Assembly (NCBI GenBank): GCA_965113315.1
Contig: OZ220369.1
Reading direction: 5' to 3' (one strand)
Source: Podarcis vaucheri
Lineage: Eukaryota
Length of the DNA: 64,000 nucleotides
Shown here one piece after another: positions 1-12,500 of this stretch. The notes under the pieces were generated by a model. That model was not told the origin of the DNA. It ran no database searches and saw only the letters and a program-made list of their open reading frames with translations. The position numbers and the translations under genes are program-made. Numbering within the stretch: position 1 is the first letter of the stretch; each line of letters opens with the position of its first letter.

Positions 1-439
1 CTGTTTCCATTGGATGCTTGATGCGGACCGAGCATGTGCCAAGGACCCCCGTGCATTGGGAAATAATGCAAAGTTTTACAAGGAAAGATAAGTGCCTTCT
101 CGTTACTGAAGCTCTAAAGATTTCTCAAAGCAAGGCAATGTTGACCAGGTGAAAGGCTCGCCCTTTTGCCGTTGGAGATGTACCCTTCATCTGTGTTCAA
201 GTTCTGAGATGCAAGATAAGGCGTGTGAACAAACTCTGCTCCTGCAGCCTCTTGCTCTCCCTGTCCTTTTTTACGGGTGGCCAGAGAGACGGTGAGTGTG
301 TCCGGTAGTAGCTAATTGTGAGCCAAAGGATGGACCGCTTCCTTTTTCTCCCCAGGTCTGTAGCCTCAGCATGTAAATGAACCCCCATGGAGGGAGCTTT
401 ACTAATCTCTGGTTTTACTAACAGTTTATCTCCTCACAG

Positions 440-568
440 GTCACGCAGGTTGCCAGACAGCCAGGCCCTCCTGCCCCCTCCCCTTACTCTGCACATGAAA
501 TAGGCAAGGGGCACCCATCCCTTGCTGCAACGCCACCAGGACATGCCTCCTCCCCAAGCCTCACCCAG
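440..568 (+). CDS. EIF4G3: EIF4G3 upstream exon (129 nt), N-terminal extension or 5'UTR: [43 protein letters not shown]
   Basis: ctcctcacag| acceptor, cag|gtaagg donor; 43 codons open and in frame with the next exon; Pro-rich like the eIF4G N-terminus. Confidence 0.85.
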
Positions 569-3500
569 GTAAGGTTTGGCGCCTGTTTCTCAGGTCTGAG
601 TTGCCTTTCTATAAGTTCATGGGGTGTGGGTGAGATCTTGGCTTTGCGCAGTGCTAACCCTGGTCCGCATGCTACTTTCACTTGAGCTGCTCTTCCTCTT
701 GCTGGCCAAGGATAGGGGAAGAGGAAAGGGGTTCCCTTTAGGGCGCTCCCCACCCCCTCAATTGGACATTGGCAGGGACGCCTCTCGTGTCAGACTAAGC
801 GCTTTTTTTGCTAAGTGGCAGTGATTTTAATAACATGCCTTAAGGCAGGTACATTTTTCTTTTCTGACCAGAACTCATTGCATGTGCTGAAAGAGAAAAT
901 GGACACAGTAAAAATAATACACATGGACAAGGAATTGAGATAATTGAAAGCCATAACTTGTTTTTAATCACTTAATTCCTCAAAACGTTTCCAAGAGACG
1001 AGGGATGACGTGGCAAAGGAGAGGAGGAATGTATTTGTAGTTAGCAAAGGTAGGGCAGATGCGCTGTCCAAGGGTGGGCCTCATGCCTAGGCAATGTGAC
1101 CTGTGGCAGCTTGAGGCAGTGAGCTGCTGAGCACCAAGGCCTCCTCGGCAATGATGCCTCAAGGCAGAGAGTGTGGGAGCTTTCAGAAGCATACAAGTGG
1201 AGGGGGCGGCGGCTCCTTCTTTGTTTCTGTAGATTCCTGCATGAGACTAGAAGTCTTGGTTCTCGGACAGATGAGCTGGTGCTTGAAATCCTATTTGGAA
1301 CATAATCAGCTGCTTTGATTCCCATGATAACTTCCAGACCCTCAAGCGTGATGCAGGGCCCCATTTTGGTTCCTTAGTAAAGGAGGAATTGGGGGTGAGG
1401 CGAGGTTGAGCTTTTTTTATACAGGCATGAGAGAGCCCTCTGCATCTGTTTCCTCCAGCCAGATAGTGCATGAGTCACTCAAGTTGTTGCACCTTTTCCA
1501 GTGGACTTGACATGTGCATCATGTGACAGTAGGCATGACACCCCACCAGTTCAGCTCAAAACTTGCTGCCAAGTTTATTGATAGAAAAGGATTTTGTGTA
1601 GTCTTGTGTGTTAAGAGCCTAACCAAAGAAGACAAAGAGTGCTCTGAAAGTTGTGTGGAGTGGCTACTGTAGTAACTGTTGTGGGCACCAGAAATAGCTA
1701 CCCTGCCCAGCTGCATCTCCATGACCTCCAACTCCTGTGTCAATCCCCAATATTCCAGAAGAGAGATGAAAGCCATGACCTTTTCCCACCTCCAGGCCTT
1801 CTGCTGAGGCATCAGAAAAAATAAACTGCAAATATTCCTTACGAATTTATCAGTTGAGTCCTGAGTACAGTGAGGTTCTTCCACAGAAAGTTGCTCCAGA
1901 ATGTTGCACCTCTGATTGTGTAACGCCTTCTCCAGATTTCTTACCTGAACTTAAGTCACGGCCAAGTCTTCTTAGTTTGATTCTAAACAAAGGCAAGGAG
2001 TGTCCTCCTCGCCTCAGAAGGTCTTTGTCTGCCAACAAGAGGCACTTCTTGTTCATTTGTTATAGATCTTTCTCTGATGGGTCCAGATAATTTTGAATGC
2101 CACCGCTTCCTCCACTTACAAAAAAGGGTGATCCATTGCTCACCCACTCAGGGCTTAAGGCAATTGTTAACCAATATTTTGCCCGTATTCTCAGTTGTTA
2201 ACAGGACATAAACCCTTGCTTCTTTCCAGGGCACAGGCCTAAATTTACCAAAAGCAATTCAGATTTTTGATACATGGCATAAGAATATATAAAGTCTTGT
2301 ACATTCATCTCTGGGATGTTGTCATGAGTGTAGCGTGCTGATCATAGGAAAATGTATTGGTCACCTGTCTCTGATAACTGATCGTATTTCTCCACTTTTT
2401 CGTTTTCCCCCCTGGGGAGGCAGTCTTACTGAAGCACATAGTAGCTTGTTCTGTAAAAAGGGTTGCCTGCATAGATCCATTTGGTTTCCCCATTCAGATC
2501 CCTGCAGCTTTACAGGAGACTTGGAGAGGGGGGTGTCAAACAAAGGAGCTGGTCTCCTGCAGGGGGCGTTGAGAATTGATGGCAGCTGGTCCACAGACCT
2601 TTCACATTGCTGTTTTGAGATTAGCAGAGTCCTGCACTTGAAGCCACTGAGAGCATAATGACAGGAGAGGTCACTACTAGTGGGTACCCTTTTATCTAGA
2701 GTACCAAGCTCTGCTGACGACAATTCCCTAGTCCTAGAGGAGGGGAAGAATGGGTAGAAATGTCCCTGGGATTTTTTTGTTCATTTAGCCCATTGTAAAA
2801 AGGCAGGTAGAAAGGGAGGTCGTCCCCATCCAGGTGTGTAGAAAGTATTTTGAGAAGTTGGAGGGGATGCATCTGCTCCCATCAGCCTGGTAGAAGGAGA
2901 GAGAGAACGGAGCATTGACGTGGAGATGTGCCAACCCCTGTCCATTCCCCACCCACCCGCCATCATTCTCGTCCTCCCCACTCCCCCTCTCTCTGTCTCT
3001 TTCTCTGTCACTCTCTTCCTTTCTCTCTTACTCTGTCGCTCTCTTTCACTCTCGCTCCAGCAGCCAGGAGGGAGGAGGGACAGAAGCTTTCCACCCCACC
3101 CAAGAGCCAGCAGTCTTTTTGAAGATCCAAGGGAACTGGTGCAAAGGATTCTGGGATGTGGGATGGTGAGTGACAAGAGGAAAAAAAAGGTTAAGTGATG
3201 CCCCGCTGGAAAAGCCTGGCTCTTGTTTTTCTAATGGGTGGAGATCTCATTTAGGGTGGGGCCATTGTGGCTTACAGGGGAGGCCCCTCCTGCAAAGGCG
3301 TGGAAGGCTCAGGGCAGAAGGAATGTTCATGGGGAGCCTTAAAAACACGTTGAGAACTTGAGATGTATGGAGGAGCTCCATTCAGTATTTTGCCCTTGAG
3401 GCATCTTACCATGCCATCTGGACTTTTTGCTTCAAAGCTGTTGCTCTGTCTTGGAAAGTGTTAAATTCTATGGCAAAGTTTCAAATTTGGAGTAGGCGTA

Positions 3501-6500
3501 GATGTGCAAGGTGAGAGTCTTAGCTTCGTGTCCAGTCTGGGGATGTGGCTTAGCATTTTAAAGGTCCACCTGTGTTCCCAGCCATTAGCAGTCGCTGTAT
3601 CTGTCGGCCCACATCTGCCTCCCCCATACACTCTGGGTTGTGTCCAACATTTGTTTTACACACAGTACACCCATTGAAATTGATTCTCATTAGTCATACC
3701 CATTAACTTCAGTGGGTCTACTCTGAGTAGGATGAACATTGGGTGCCACCCTCTTGACTACTTGGGCTGCCCCTCAAACAGCAGGGATTCCATTTTCCCT
3801 CCACACCCTTTATTCAGGATTGCTTATAAGGGATTTTGCATGTGAGGAGGTCAGAAAGTGAAGCCTTCCGCACTAACCTCAGTTTGGCAGTGCCGAGGGA
3901 GGGCTGGTCTTGCATTGAAAGTGGTTTGGCGCTCACTCATTGCTCAGGTTCAAAACGTTTCCTTTAGGAAGGTGTTTAATTAAAAAAGGAAAGTTTTGGT
4001 TCCAAACCTTTATGATGTGTTGGTCTGTGGGAGCTGCGGAGAGCTATCCAAGGTCCACTGAAAGCGATCCAAAGGGGTGGGGACAGGAAAATGCAGCTTG
4101 CATCATGACTTCTGGGTTGCTCCTTTTGTCTTCCTGGATCCAGAAGCACATGACATGGCACATAAAGGGGAAAAGAAAGTTCACAAAGGGAGAATAGTGA
4201 AGTGGTGCTGTAAGGCATGGACAGGGAGGCAAGTGGGTTAACAGAGAATGGGTCATAGAAGACATTTAACTTTTGTAACAAAGCTGTTCTGTGGCTAACA
4301 TAGTCGTGCAGCCCTGTTGAGTTCTTGCAAAGGTGTCCCTCTTGAGTATCTGAGTGTTTTACCCCTTGATTTAGAGTTTTCTTGGCCCAACTGATGATGC
4401 TCTGAGTTGCAGAGAATAAAACGTCCCCTATCTACATGACGCTTTTCTGGAAATATATTTTTATTGTCCTACTTGAAAGGGTTTTTGCAGTTTTCTAAGC
4501 TTTCATGAATAGGAGGTTCATTATTTAACTCCCAAGAATGTAGTTAAACTTTGTTTAATATTCAGGTAGCCCAGAACCAGCAATTTGCCTTCTCAAATGA
4601 AGAGATTCTGAATTTCAGAAATTCCACACCCAGACTCAGGACTCTGAAGTTTTGTGACCTTGGCTGCCTTTTCCTATGTGGCATACTCTAGGATTGTCCC
4701 CTTCCTGTCCCATTTGGCTGGGTAAAGTCTAGTAGTAGTGGAAACGGCATTAGGAATTGTGCCATAGGCTTTGGTGAGTAGCATTCTCCTATGTGGTGCC
4801 TTAAGTGAGTCATGTTTTCCTGCAAGGCATTTCCAGAGCTTGGTTCCCTCTTGGCTGTAACAGTGTGGTTAGAGCATGGTGCTGATAATGCCAAGCTTGC
4901 AGGGGCAATCCCTGTAAGGTACAGCTGCATATTCTTGTGTTGCAGGATGTTGAACTAGATGATCCTCAGGGTCTCTTCCAACTCTTTGCCCAGCCTTCCT
5001 CAGCACTTCCTGATGGTCGACTCTGCTTTAATAAAGCAGCGTGTCTTGGATCCCATATCACATGTAAATATGGCATGATGTAATATGCTGTCATTGGTGT
5101 GCTGTCATAGAAAACAGCATGTGGGATGTCATTTTCAGTGTGGGCTTTTGAGGAAAAGTCATGTTGACTGTTGTCCTTTTGTCCCCAGTGCCCAAAAGCA
5201 TTTTGTTTTGTGCCTGCTGCAGCAATTCATCAATGGAGTGGGAGGAGATGGGGGTTTACTTTAATTCATAATGTGACTCAAAAGCATGTTGTGTTTAGAA
5301 GGAAGCTCTACAGATGGGAACGTGCAGCAGTGCCAGCCAAGGTCCCTTGGGCCATTTCATGTAAGGACATGCTAGTCTTCTTCCTTTTTGCCCTGCATCA
5401 CCAGCAGTGTCCTTTGCTAGGCTGAGGAATAATCTCAGAGAAGTTTAGCTCTGCAGTCACAGGATGCAGCCTTCCTCTTTTTGCTTCTTTCAAAAAGCAA
5501 AACTCTTGCAGCTGGACTGATATTTTGATATGTGGTCCACTCCATTCCCTAAAAAAGAAAAGAAAAAAGAATCCCTCTTTTGAGCACCTTAAATGAAGCA
5601 TTTGCTGGTGCTGGCTTACATTCTGCATGCAGAATGGATAGGTGGAGAATATCTATATTTTATATAAATAGCCATTGTAGCAAGAGGGCTCTCCATGGAA
5701 CTTTGTGTAGACGGATGGAAAAGGTGTGGCTTTAAGGAGCTTTGAAGCCATCTTACGGACTATGGATGCTTTTCCAATGAGCTGTTTTGGTAACAATTTC
5801 ATAAAGACCTTCTGAAATCTAAGGCAGTTATTTTAAGTGTCATTAGGTCACGGCTGGCTTTCGAAGGAAAGCATGAAATACCCAGGGGCCCTGTTGCTTG
5901 TATCTAGAAGCAGAATTAAATTGCCAAATGCATTAAGGTGGTGAGAGTGGAACCATACCTTTTCCGGGTCCAGCCTGCTCATGAGTTGCTGTGAGAGTGA
6001 TCCCTGGCCTGAACAAGCCAGCTTTAACAAGCCAGGGGTGTCCTTTGCCCTCCACAGGGACTGCAAGTCTGTCCTCATCCATGGGACATTTCAGAGCTGG
6101 GATTGTGTAAGGGTGTGAGGTGTTGCTGGTTTTGTCATGTCTTTCCTTGGTGGTCCCTCAGATGCACCCAGCATTTAACCTGGCAAGTGACTTCTTGTGG
6201 GCACGGAAAGTTCTCAGGGTGCTGAAAGAATTCACAGCGCTGAGGCAGAAATTTCCACTCCGCTGCTCAGAGCAGGAAGCGCAAGAGCTGTGTGTGACTC
6301 AGCATTTTCTCAGCCTCCCCCTGACGTGAGCCTGGCTTTCGCCTGTTTATTCCTGGCACATTTAGTGCAAGGGCGGAGTGGGGGGGATCTTGTTGCACAG
6401 CAGGTCTAACTCCTTTCGAAATGCAGATAAAAATAATCCTCCCCTTGTTGTTGTTTGCTTATTTCAGCTGGCAGGAGCAGAGGGTGGGGGTTGAATGAGG

Positions 6501-9500
6501 GGGAAAGTCCATGGTGAGAGGATTCTTTGACAACTTGAAACACGTAAGGATTCCTTTATCATACCTCTTACTCTGAGATAATGTAGGAAGGAGGAAGTGC
6601 CATTGCTTGGTGGCAAAGAACACCCATTGCCTGCATCAAGCCCCATATTCACCAGTCTCTTTGCAGGGCTGGGGGTCACCCTTCTCTGCCTGAGACCCTG
6701 CAGAGTCCTCACCAGTAAGAGGAGACAGCCCTGGGTTAAATGAACCAGCTGGCTGACTCCGGAAGAGGCAGCTGCTTCTTTTCTTTCTTCATGAAATTCA
6801 TTCAAACATATAACATCTACATACATATATCTGAATGCTGGAGTTTAAGCAGTACATACAAAATAACTACCAAATAATGTAAGCTTCTTACCCCAGACTA
6901 CTGTTTGTATAGAAGGTGATAAACCGTTTAAGTTAACCAAAGTTTTGTAACGTGAGGAAAGTCCTCTTGTTTTCATTTTTAGCCATATACATAAACAAAA
7001 CTGTGCCATTTGATTCCAAATGAGTCTATGCTTCAGGCCTTGTGTCAGTTTTATTTAATTTTCCCACAAATACAGTTTGCCACACTTTGTTGTTTTAGTT
7101 TGTCAGGAAATCCCCCTCTAAGTTCTTCCAGTATGATGCTGTTAATGAGCCTGGCTGCTAGGAGAAGAGAACTTCTTAAAAGTTTAAGCTGTAAGTTAAT
7201 ATTGCCTCCCGTGAAAAGGTTGAGGAGTGCTAGACACTTTGTCTAGTAATTGCTTTTATTTGCACAAGTAACTTCCTCCTCCTTAAGTCCACATGTTCAC
7301 GGGCTTATCTTTACCATGCATTTGAAGCATATGGCCTCCCCCAAAGAATCCTGCTTTGAATGTATGGTGTGAATGTGATCTAGGGAAGTGCTCTGCAAAT
7401 TGCAGTCATCACTCATTGCTGTGTCTCAAGGGTGCTACAGCATTTGTAAAGTTTAGAAATAATCACTGCTTTTAAAAAATAAAGAAATTACATGTCCAAA
7501 CCCTCAGATGTTGAGGTTGGACAGGCTAGAATTGGAGTTAACCTGGATACAGATTGTTGTGGCAATCCCAGACCCTGATTGGCTCACCAGGATTACATTG
7601 GAGCTTCCATCTCGCCCTTCTGGGCCAGCTAATTGGGCTCTGAAATTGGACTCCGAAATGTGGCTGCTAATTGCCGCTTGCTGATGTACTCCCAAGACAA
7701 AAGACAGTGAATTGCGGGGAAGAGATTGGCTTGTTGAGTCATTGCAGAGGGCTTGATGCAGCGAGGCTGGCAAAAGTTAGGGGTGCTTCATGGGCAGAAT
7801 GTTGCCTGCCTGGAGCCAAAATTTGCTTCCTAAGTGACCTTGCTGCATCTTTGTCTCATTTGCCATTTCACTCCACCTAACAAACTAGACAGTTGCAGGC
7901 TTCAAACATCTGGTCATCCCCAGAGCCATGCAACTGAACAGCTCCTGAAAAATGCTATTTTGCTGCTTCAGGCTGCCCTTAGAGAACTGTTGCCCCTTCC
8001 TTCCACCAGCCTGGAAGGTGGTTAGGTGCCTGCTTTGGATTTTGCCTCTGTCAAAGGTGAATCACTACAGTAGTGATTGTTTTTCTGGCATGTTTTAATT
8101 CGCAAACTGCTTCTGAGTATCTGTGCATACCCTGTAGCAACTTTTCTTAAATAAGGTGCTATTTGAGCAGCAGCTAAAACTAGATGACTTCCAGAGTCCC
8201 TTCCAGAGTATTGGGCTTGTCCAGTGCTAAGGTGGGACCAAAATCCACCCGGTCTCAGAAAGCTGCACTTGACTTTAATCTATTGACTGTAATAAGGGGA
8301 GGATAGTATGATTTATTGTCATACTCCCCTTTTAGGAGGAGTTTTCATTCAACCTTTTCAGATCCAGCACCTATCCTTAGCCCAGAATGGCATTAGGGTT
8401 CCCACTTCTTTTTTTGCCATTTATTTGTATGGTGGTAGTACTGTTGCTGTTGCAACTTGTTTTAGGCTAGGTTGCAACCTCGCAATGGGTTCTGAGTAGG
8501 GACCTAAGGGGGTGTTATTAATTGTGTTTTACCACATTTCTGCCACTGATCCCTTTGTTCAGCTGTGTACTCTTGAGGTCCAAGATCTCACAGTTTTGAG
8601 CTGCTGACTTTCAAACCTAGCCTAGTCCATCTTGGAATTCTGCATTCAATATGAGCCAAATGACTGCCTTATGCCCTGCTTTGAGTGTTTGGAGTCACAT
8701 GTACCTGATGATAAGAGACTCTTTTTTAAAAATAAAAAGTACCTCTGTGCACAAAAAACACACACCTCGCACACACACACACACACATATGCACAGCAGT
8801 ATTTTATCTCCCTGAATTTTAGAATGATCCACTTCCTGGTTCTCTCATTGCATCTGGCAGGCAAATCGTAAAATGCTGAACAGAATAAACTTTAATGATC
8901 CACCACTTTTCAGACAAATAAGCCGATTAAAATTCTCATGTGCATTCATCTTTCTGTGCCAAGCAGAGATCAGTAGGCAAGATAATTATCCCATTCAGCT
9001 GGGATGGAAGAAAGGCAAGTGTCACATGTTTCAGTGAGAGCCTTGAAGGATGGGCAGAATTGAGCAATGGCTCATGGAGGTGTCCATAGCATCTTTTAGG
9101 GGGCATATGGGTTGGTGAGCCCTGATGGAAGGGCAACAGGAATTGCTCTAAACCTGGCAGTTGTTTGGACACCCAGAGACCAATTATGGATGGAGCCTGG
9201 CGTGCACAGGCAACCTGCATACAGTTGTCAGTGGCTTACCCTTTGTACCAACCTTGCAGTTAAGCACTAACCTGGTAGCCATAAGTGACCGGGAATTCTG
9301 TTTAGGTGTGTGAATGGACTAACAGAGGAGGGATAGATCACTCCATTTCTCTACCACCATCGGTCCATTTCAGTCCTGTGTTAGCTGCAGTGGAAGGAAG
9401 GTTTCATCCTCCACAACCAGGATAGATAACTGAGCCTCCTCTGCCAGACTGCTTGGTAGAAGAACTTTTCCTTTCATAGCCTGTGTGTCAATACTGGCTA

Positions 9501-12500
9501 TGGAGGAAGGGTATGCTGCTCTGGCACTGCAATTTGCTTTAAGCTGTAGGACTGCTCCGGGGCTCAGGGTGTGGTGTTCTGTTGAGTGGGCTGCCTCTGT
9601 TGAAATGGGGTGATGGGGAGTTTGCTTGCTTATGTGAATGGGTCCTCCAGCCTGTGTTATGAGCTCTGTTGCTGGGCAGGTTTCCCCTCCTACCAGCAAG
9701 CTAGCCTTACGCAGGGGCCTGTTAGGAGAAGGCACTGCTTTTCTTGTGAAATGACAAGAGGTGTCATTGCTTAGACTTAATTGCCTGCAAGAGGTTTACC
9801 TGTTTTATCTGTGTTGCTGCCGTTTGCAAAGGGCCTTATCTCCTCCTCCTCTACAGGGCCCTGAAGCAACCAAGGGGCCTGGGAACTGGGCGGTTTGCTG
9901 TAGTCTTACAAGGAGGCTTGGACTGTTAATGGGAGCAGGAAGGAAGGTGCATTTAACTCCTGGCCACATAGAGTCAAAGGGCAACAGTAGAGCTTCTTTT
10001 TTAAAGTCTTCTAAAACTGTGTGGGTGTCAGATGTGCAAGCTGCTATTGTCCTGTCTTATAAAGAGGCACTAAGCCTCAAGCGCATCACTGTGACATAAA
10101 TCCGGAAATGTTTTTCTCGAGCCAAATAGTCTCCTGATGAATATTGTAACGGGCTGGATATTCTGCTGCTTCTTGGCATGAATTAGCAAAACATTTCTGG
10201 CGCTAAGTGTGCCACTGAGCCATCCAGCAGGGAGGAGGATGAGGTGTGTGAGATTCTGTGCCAGTGAGGTGAGCAAGCCAGCAGGGTGGGAGTACCTGGT
10301 GTATAGAGGCTCAGAAGCAAATGGTTTGGCCTACAGGCACTGCTGGGGCCAGGCAGACACAGAGGACAGCTATCTCTGCCATGGTTTAGCCCCCCCCCCC
10401 CAGCATCATTCAGGAGATGAAACATTGGGCTGGACAGATTCTTCCTCTTGACCCAACATAGCAAATGTTGCAGTTAAGTGCCTTCAAGATAACCATTGCT
10501 TTTTAAGTGAGATAGTAGACACCCCCTAACTTACAGAACTGTTGAAATCTGAAGTTAAGGTTAGTTCCTTGTATCCGGGCTTTTGCATCAATGACGTATG
10601 TCTGAAGGTACAAAGTGTGAGTCTAGTTGAGAGTTGAGGCAGCAGCGGGAAGGCAGTTTCCATCCCGGTTGCCGTTGCTTGTCATGTCTTTAACCATCTT
10701 TCTTCTCTCTCCCATGGCAGGCTCCTTACCCCTCTGGACAGAACGCCGCACCGACTACGCTGGTGTACCCGCAGGCCCCTCAGACGATGAGCACCCAGCC
10801 TCAGACGCGCTCGCCGGTAAGGGAGCCCTTATTTTGCCTGCGTGTTGTGCTGCATCTGTCCAGCAAAGCCGTTGCATTGCACTTCCTAACCTTTTTGCGA
10901 GTAGCTTCCCTGAGAAAAAGGCACCCGAAGGACTTCCCCTCTGCTTCCAGGTGGCACAAGTGACGTAGTGTTGAAGCCCTCTGGGGCTGTCAGAGATGAA
11001 GAGTCAGATCCTTTTTTGAGATGCCTGCCTGCTCTCCAGAAGCCTGTAAATGCCTACTCCTGGGCACTTCTGTCATTGCCTACGGTACTGGTGCCCTGCT
11101 GCCAGAGGGGCCCCTGGCCCAAGCTGCCTCCACAGAGCCTTCTCTCCTCAGCTCCTGCTGCAGGTCTTGCTTTGAGTGCTCTGCCTGAGCCCGGCTTCAA
11201 TCTCTTGTGTTGATCCACACCACCTTGCATCATAAGTTTGAGTGATACAACCTGTGCCTTTCAAGGGTGTGTCTTCTGGTGGTGGCTGTTGTGTGGTAGA
11301 TGCATGGACACCCCCCTCCCTTTGTGTCTTTACCTTTTAGTGCCCCCTTCTTTAAAGGGCTTGTAGCGAGTGGGGAAGGAGAAACTTGTTTCCTGCGGCC
11401 AGTGCAATTCTGGGCTCCTGGGCTCACAGCCCTGCTGGTTCCAGCTGCACACTCTTGTTTTTTGTCTAGAAAAGGACCCTCCAGCTGATTCCCTCCTCAC
11501 TCAGCCCCAGTAGTTGGCCACAATCCTGCTCTATGACAAACTGGTATTGAGCAGCAGAAGGGACACCCTTCTATCCCCAGCCACCCTTACTGTAGTAGGG
11601 CATGTTCCTCCCTGTTACGATGCGCAAAAAGCAAAAGCTGAAACATTCATGGCTAAAACGAGAGGGGAGAGTCTGACTCGAGAGCCGTGTCTCTAAACCA
11701 GTTTTCTTGACAGCCCAGCAGAGCAGTGCCAGTACATTGCCCAGACAACTGGAAGCGGAGGAAGGTTTTGGAACAGAGTCCGGTTTACAGGTCCTTGGCG
11801 GGAAGAGGCTGGATAAAATACTGCATTGTAAGCAATATAACAAACTGTACTCCCTTCTTGCAGGCAGTCGTGCCCCCGCGGCACCCCTTTCAGTTCTGTT
11901 GCTTTTTTTGGTTTCATTTTTTGACCACATTGTTGACTGATCTACAGAAAAGCACTGATCCGATCTCTGCTTTAAGCCGCTGTGTTTTGCGGGCTGCTGC
12001 ATTCAGCGGCAGCTTGGAAGGGGCCAAGGCTGTCGAAGGTGGTGGCAGGAAGAAACTGAGGCAGGGTGCCCCCTCCTAAAAAAAACCCACAACAGCCACA
12101 ACCCAATAACCCTGTTACAATTTTTCAGGTGGTCTGAGTGATCAGGTACCTGAGATTTACTTTTCTAGCCCTTGTGGGGGATTTGCATTTGATTGAATTG
12201 GTCACTCGAGGGAAATTGGCAAGAACTCCTCAAAACAGGAACTTTCCCCAATTTTGGCAGAAACCTTAAGATGGAAGAAGCTACCGATAACGTCAGCCAT
12301 TTTTCTGTGGTCATGAACAATCCCCCCTCTAAAATATTACCCTGCGTGCAGTCTTCTGCCATCGTCACGTTTTGTGATCATTACCACCCCATGACTAAAA
12401 ATTGCTCACATAACATTTCATTTCCCCCACTCACCTCTCCTCCTCCCCTCGCAAGTCCAAAACAAATGCAAAATGGGCAAGGCTGAGCAGCTCTTGCATT

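Noticed and set aside
12120-12152. tttttcag|gtggtctgagtgatcag|gtacct, candidate 17-nt microexon or recursive splice site
   Set aside because: Short pyrimidine tract, weak donors, frame-shifting length; chance occurrence is likely.
12193-12486. 97-aa intronic ORF
   Set aside because: No homology recognised and no donor linking it to EIF4G3.
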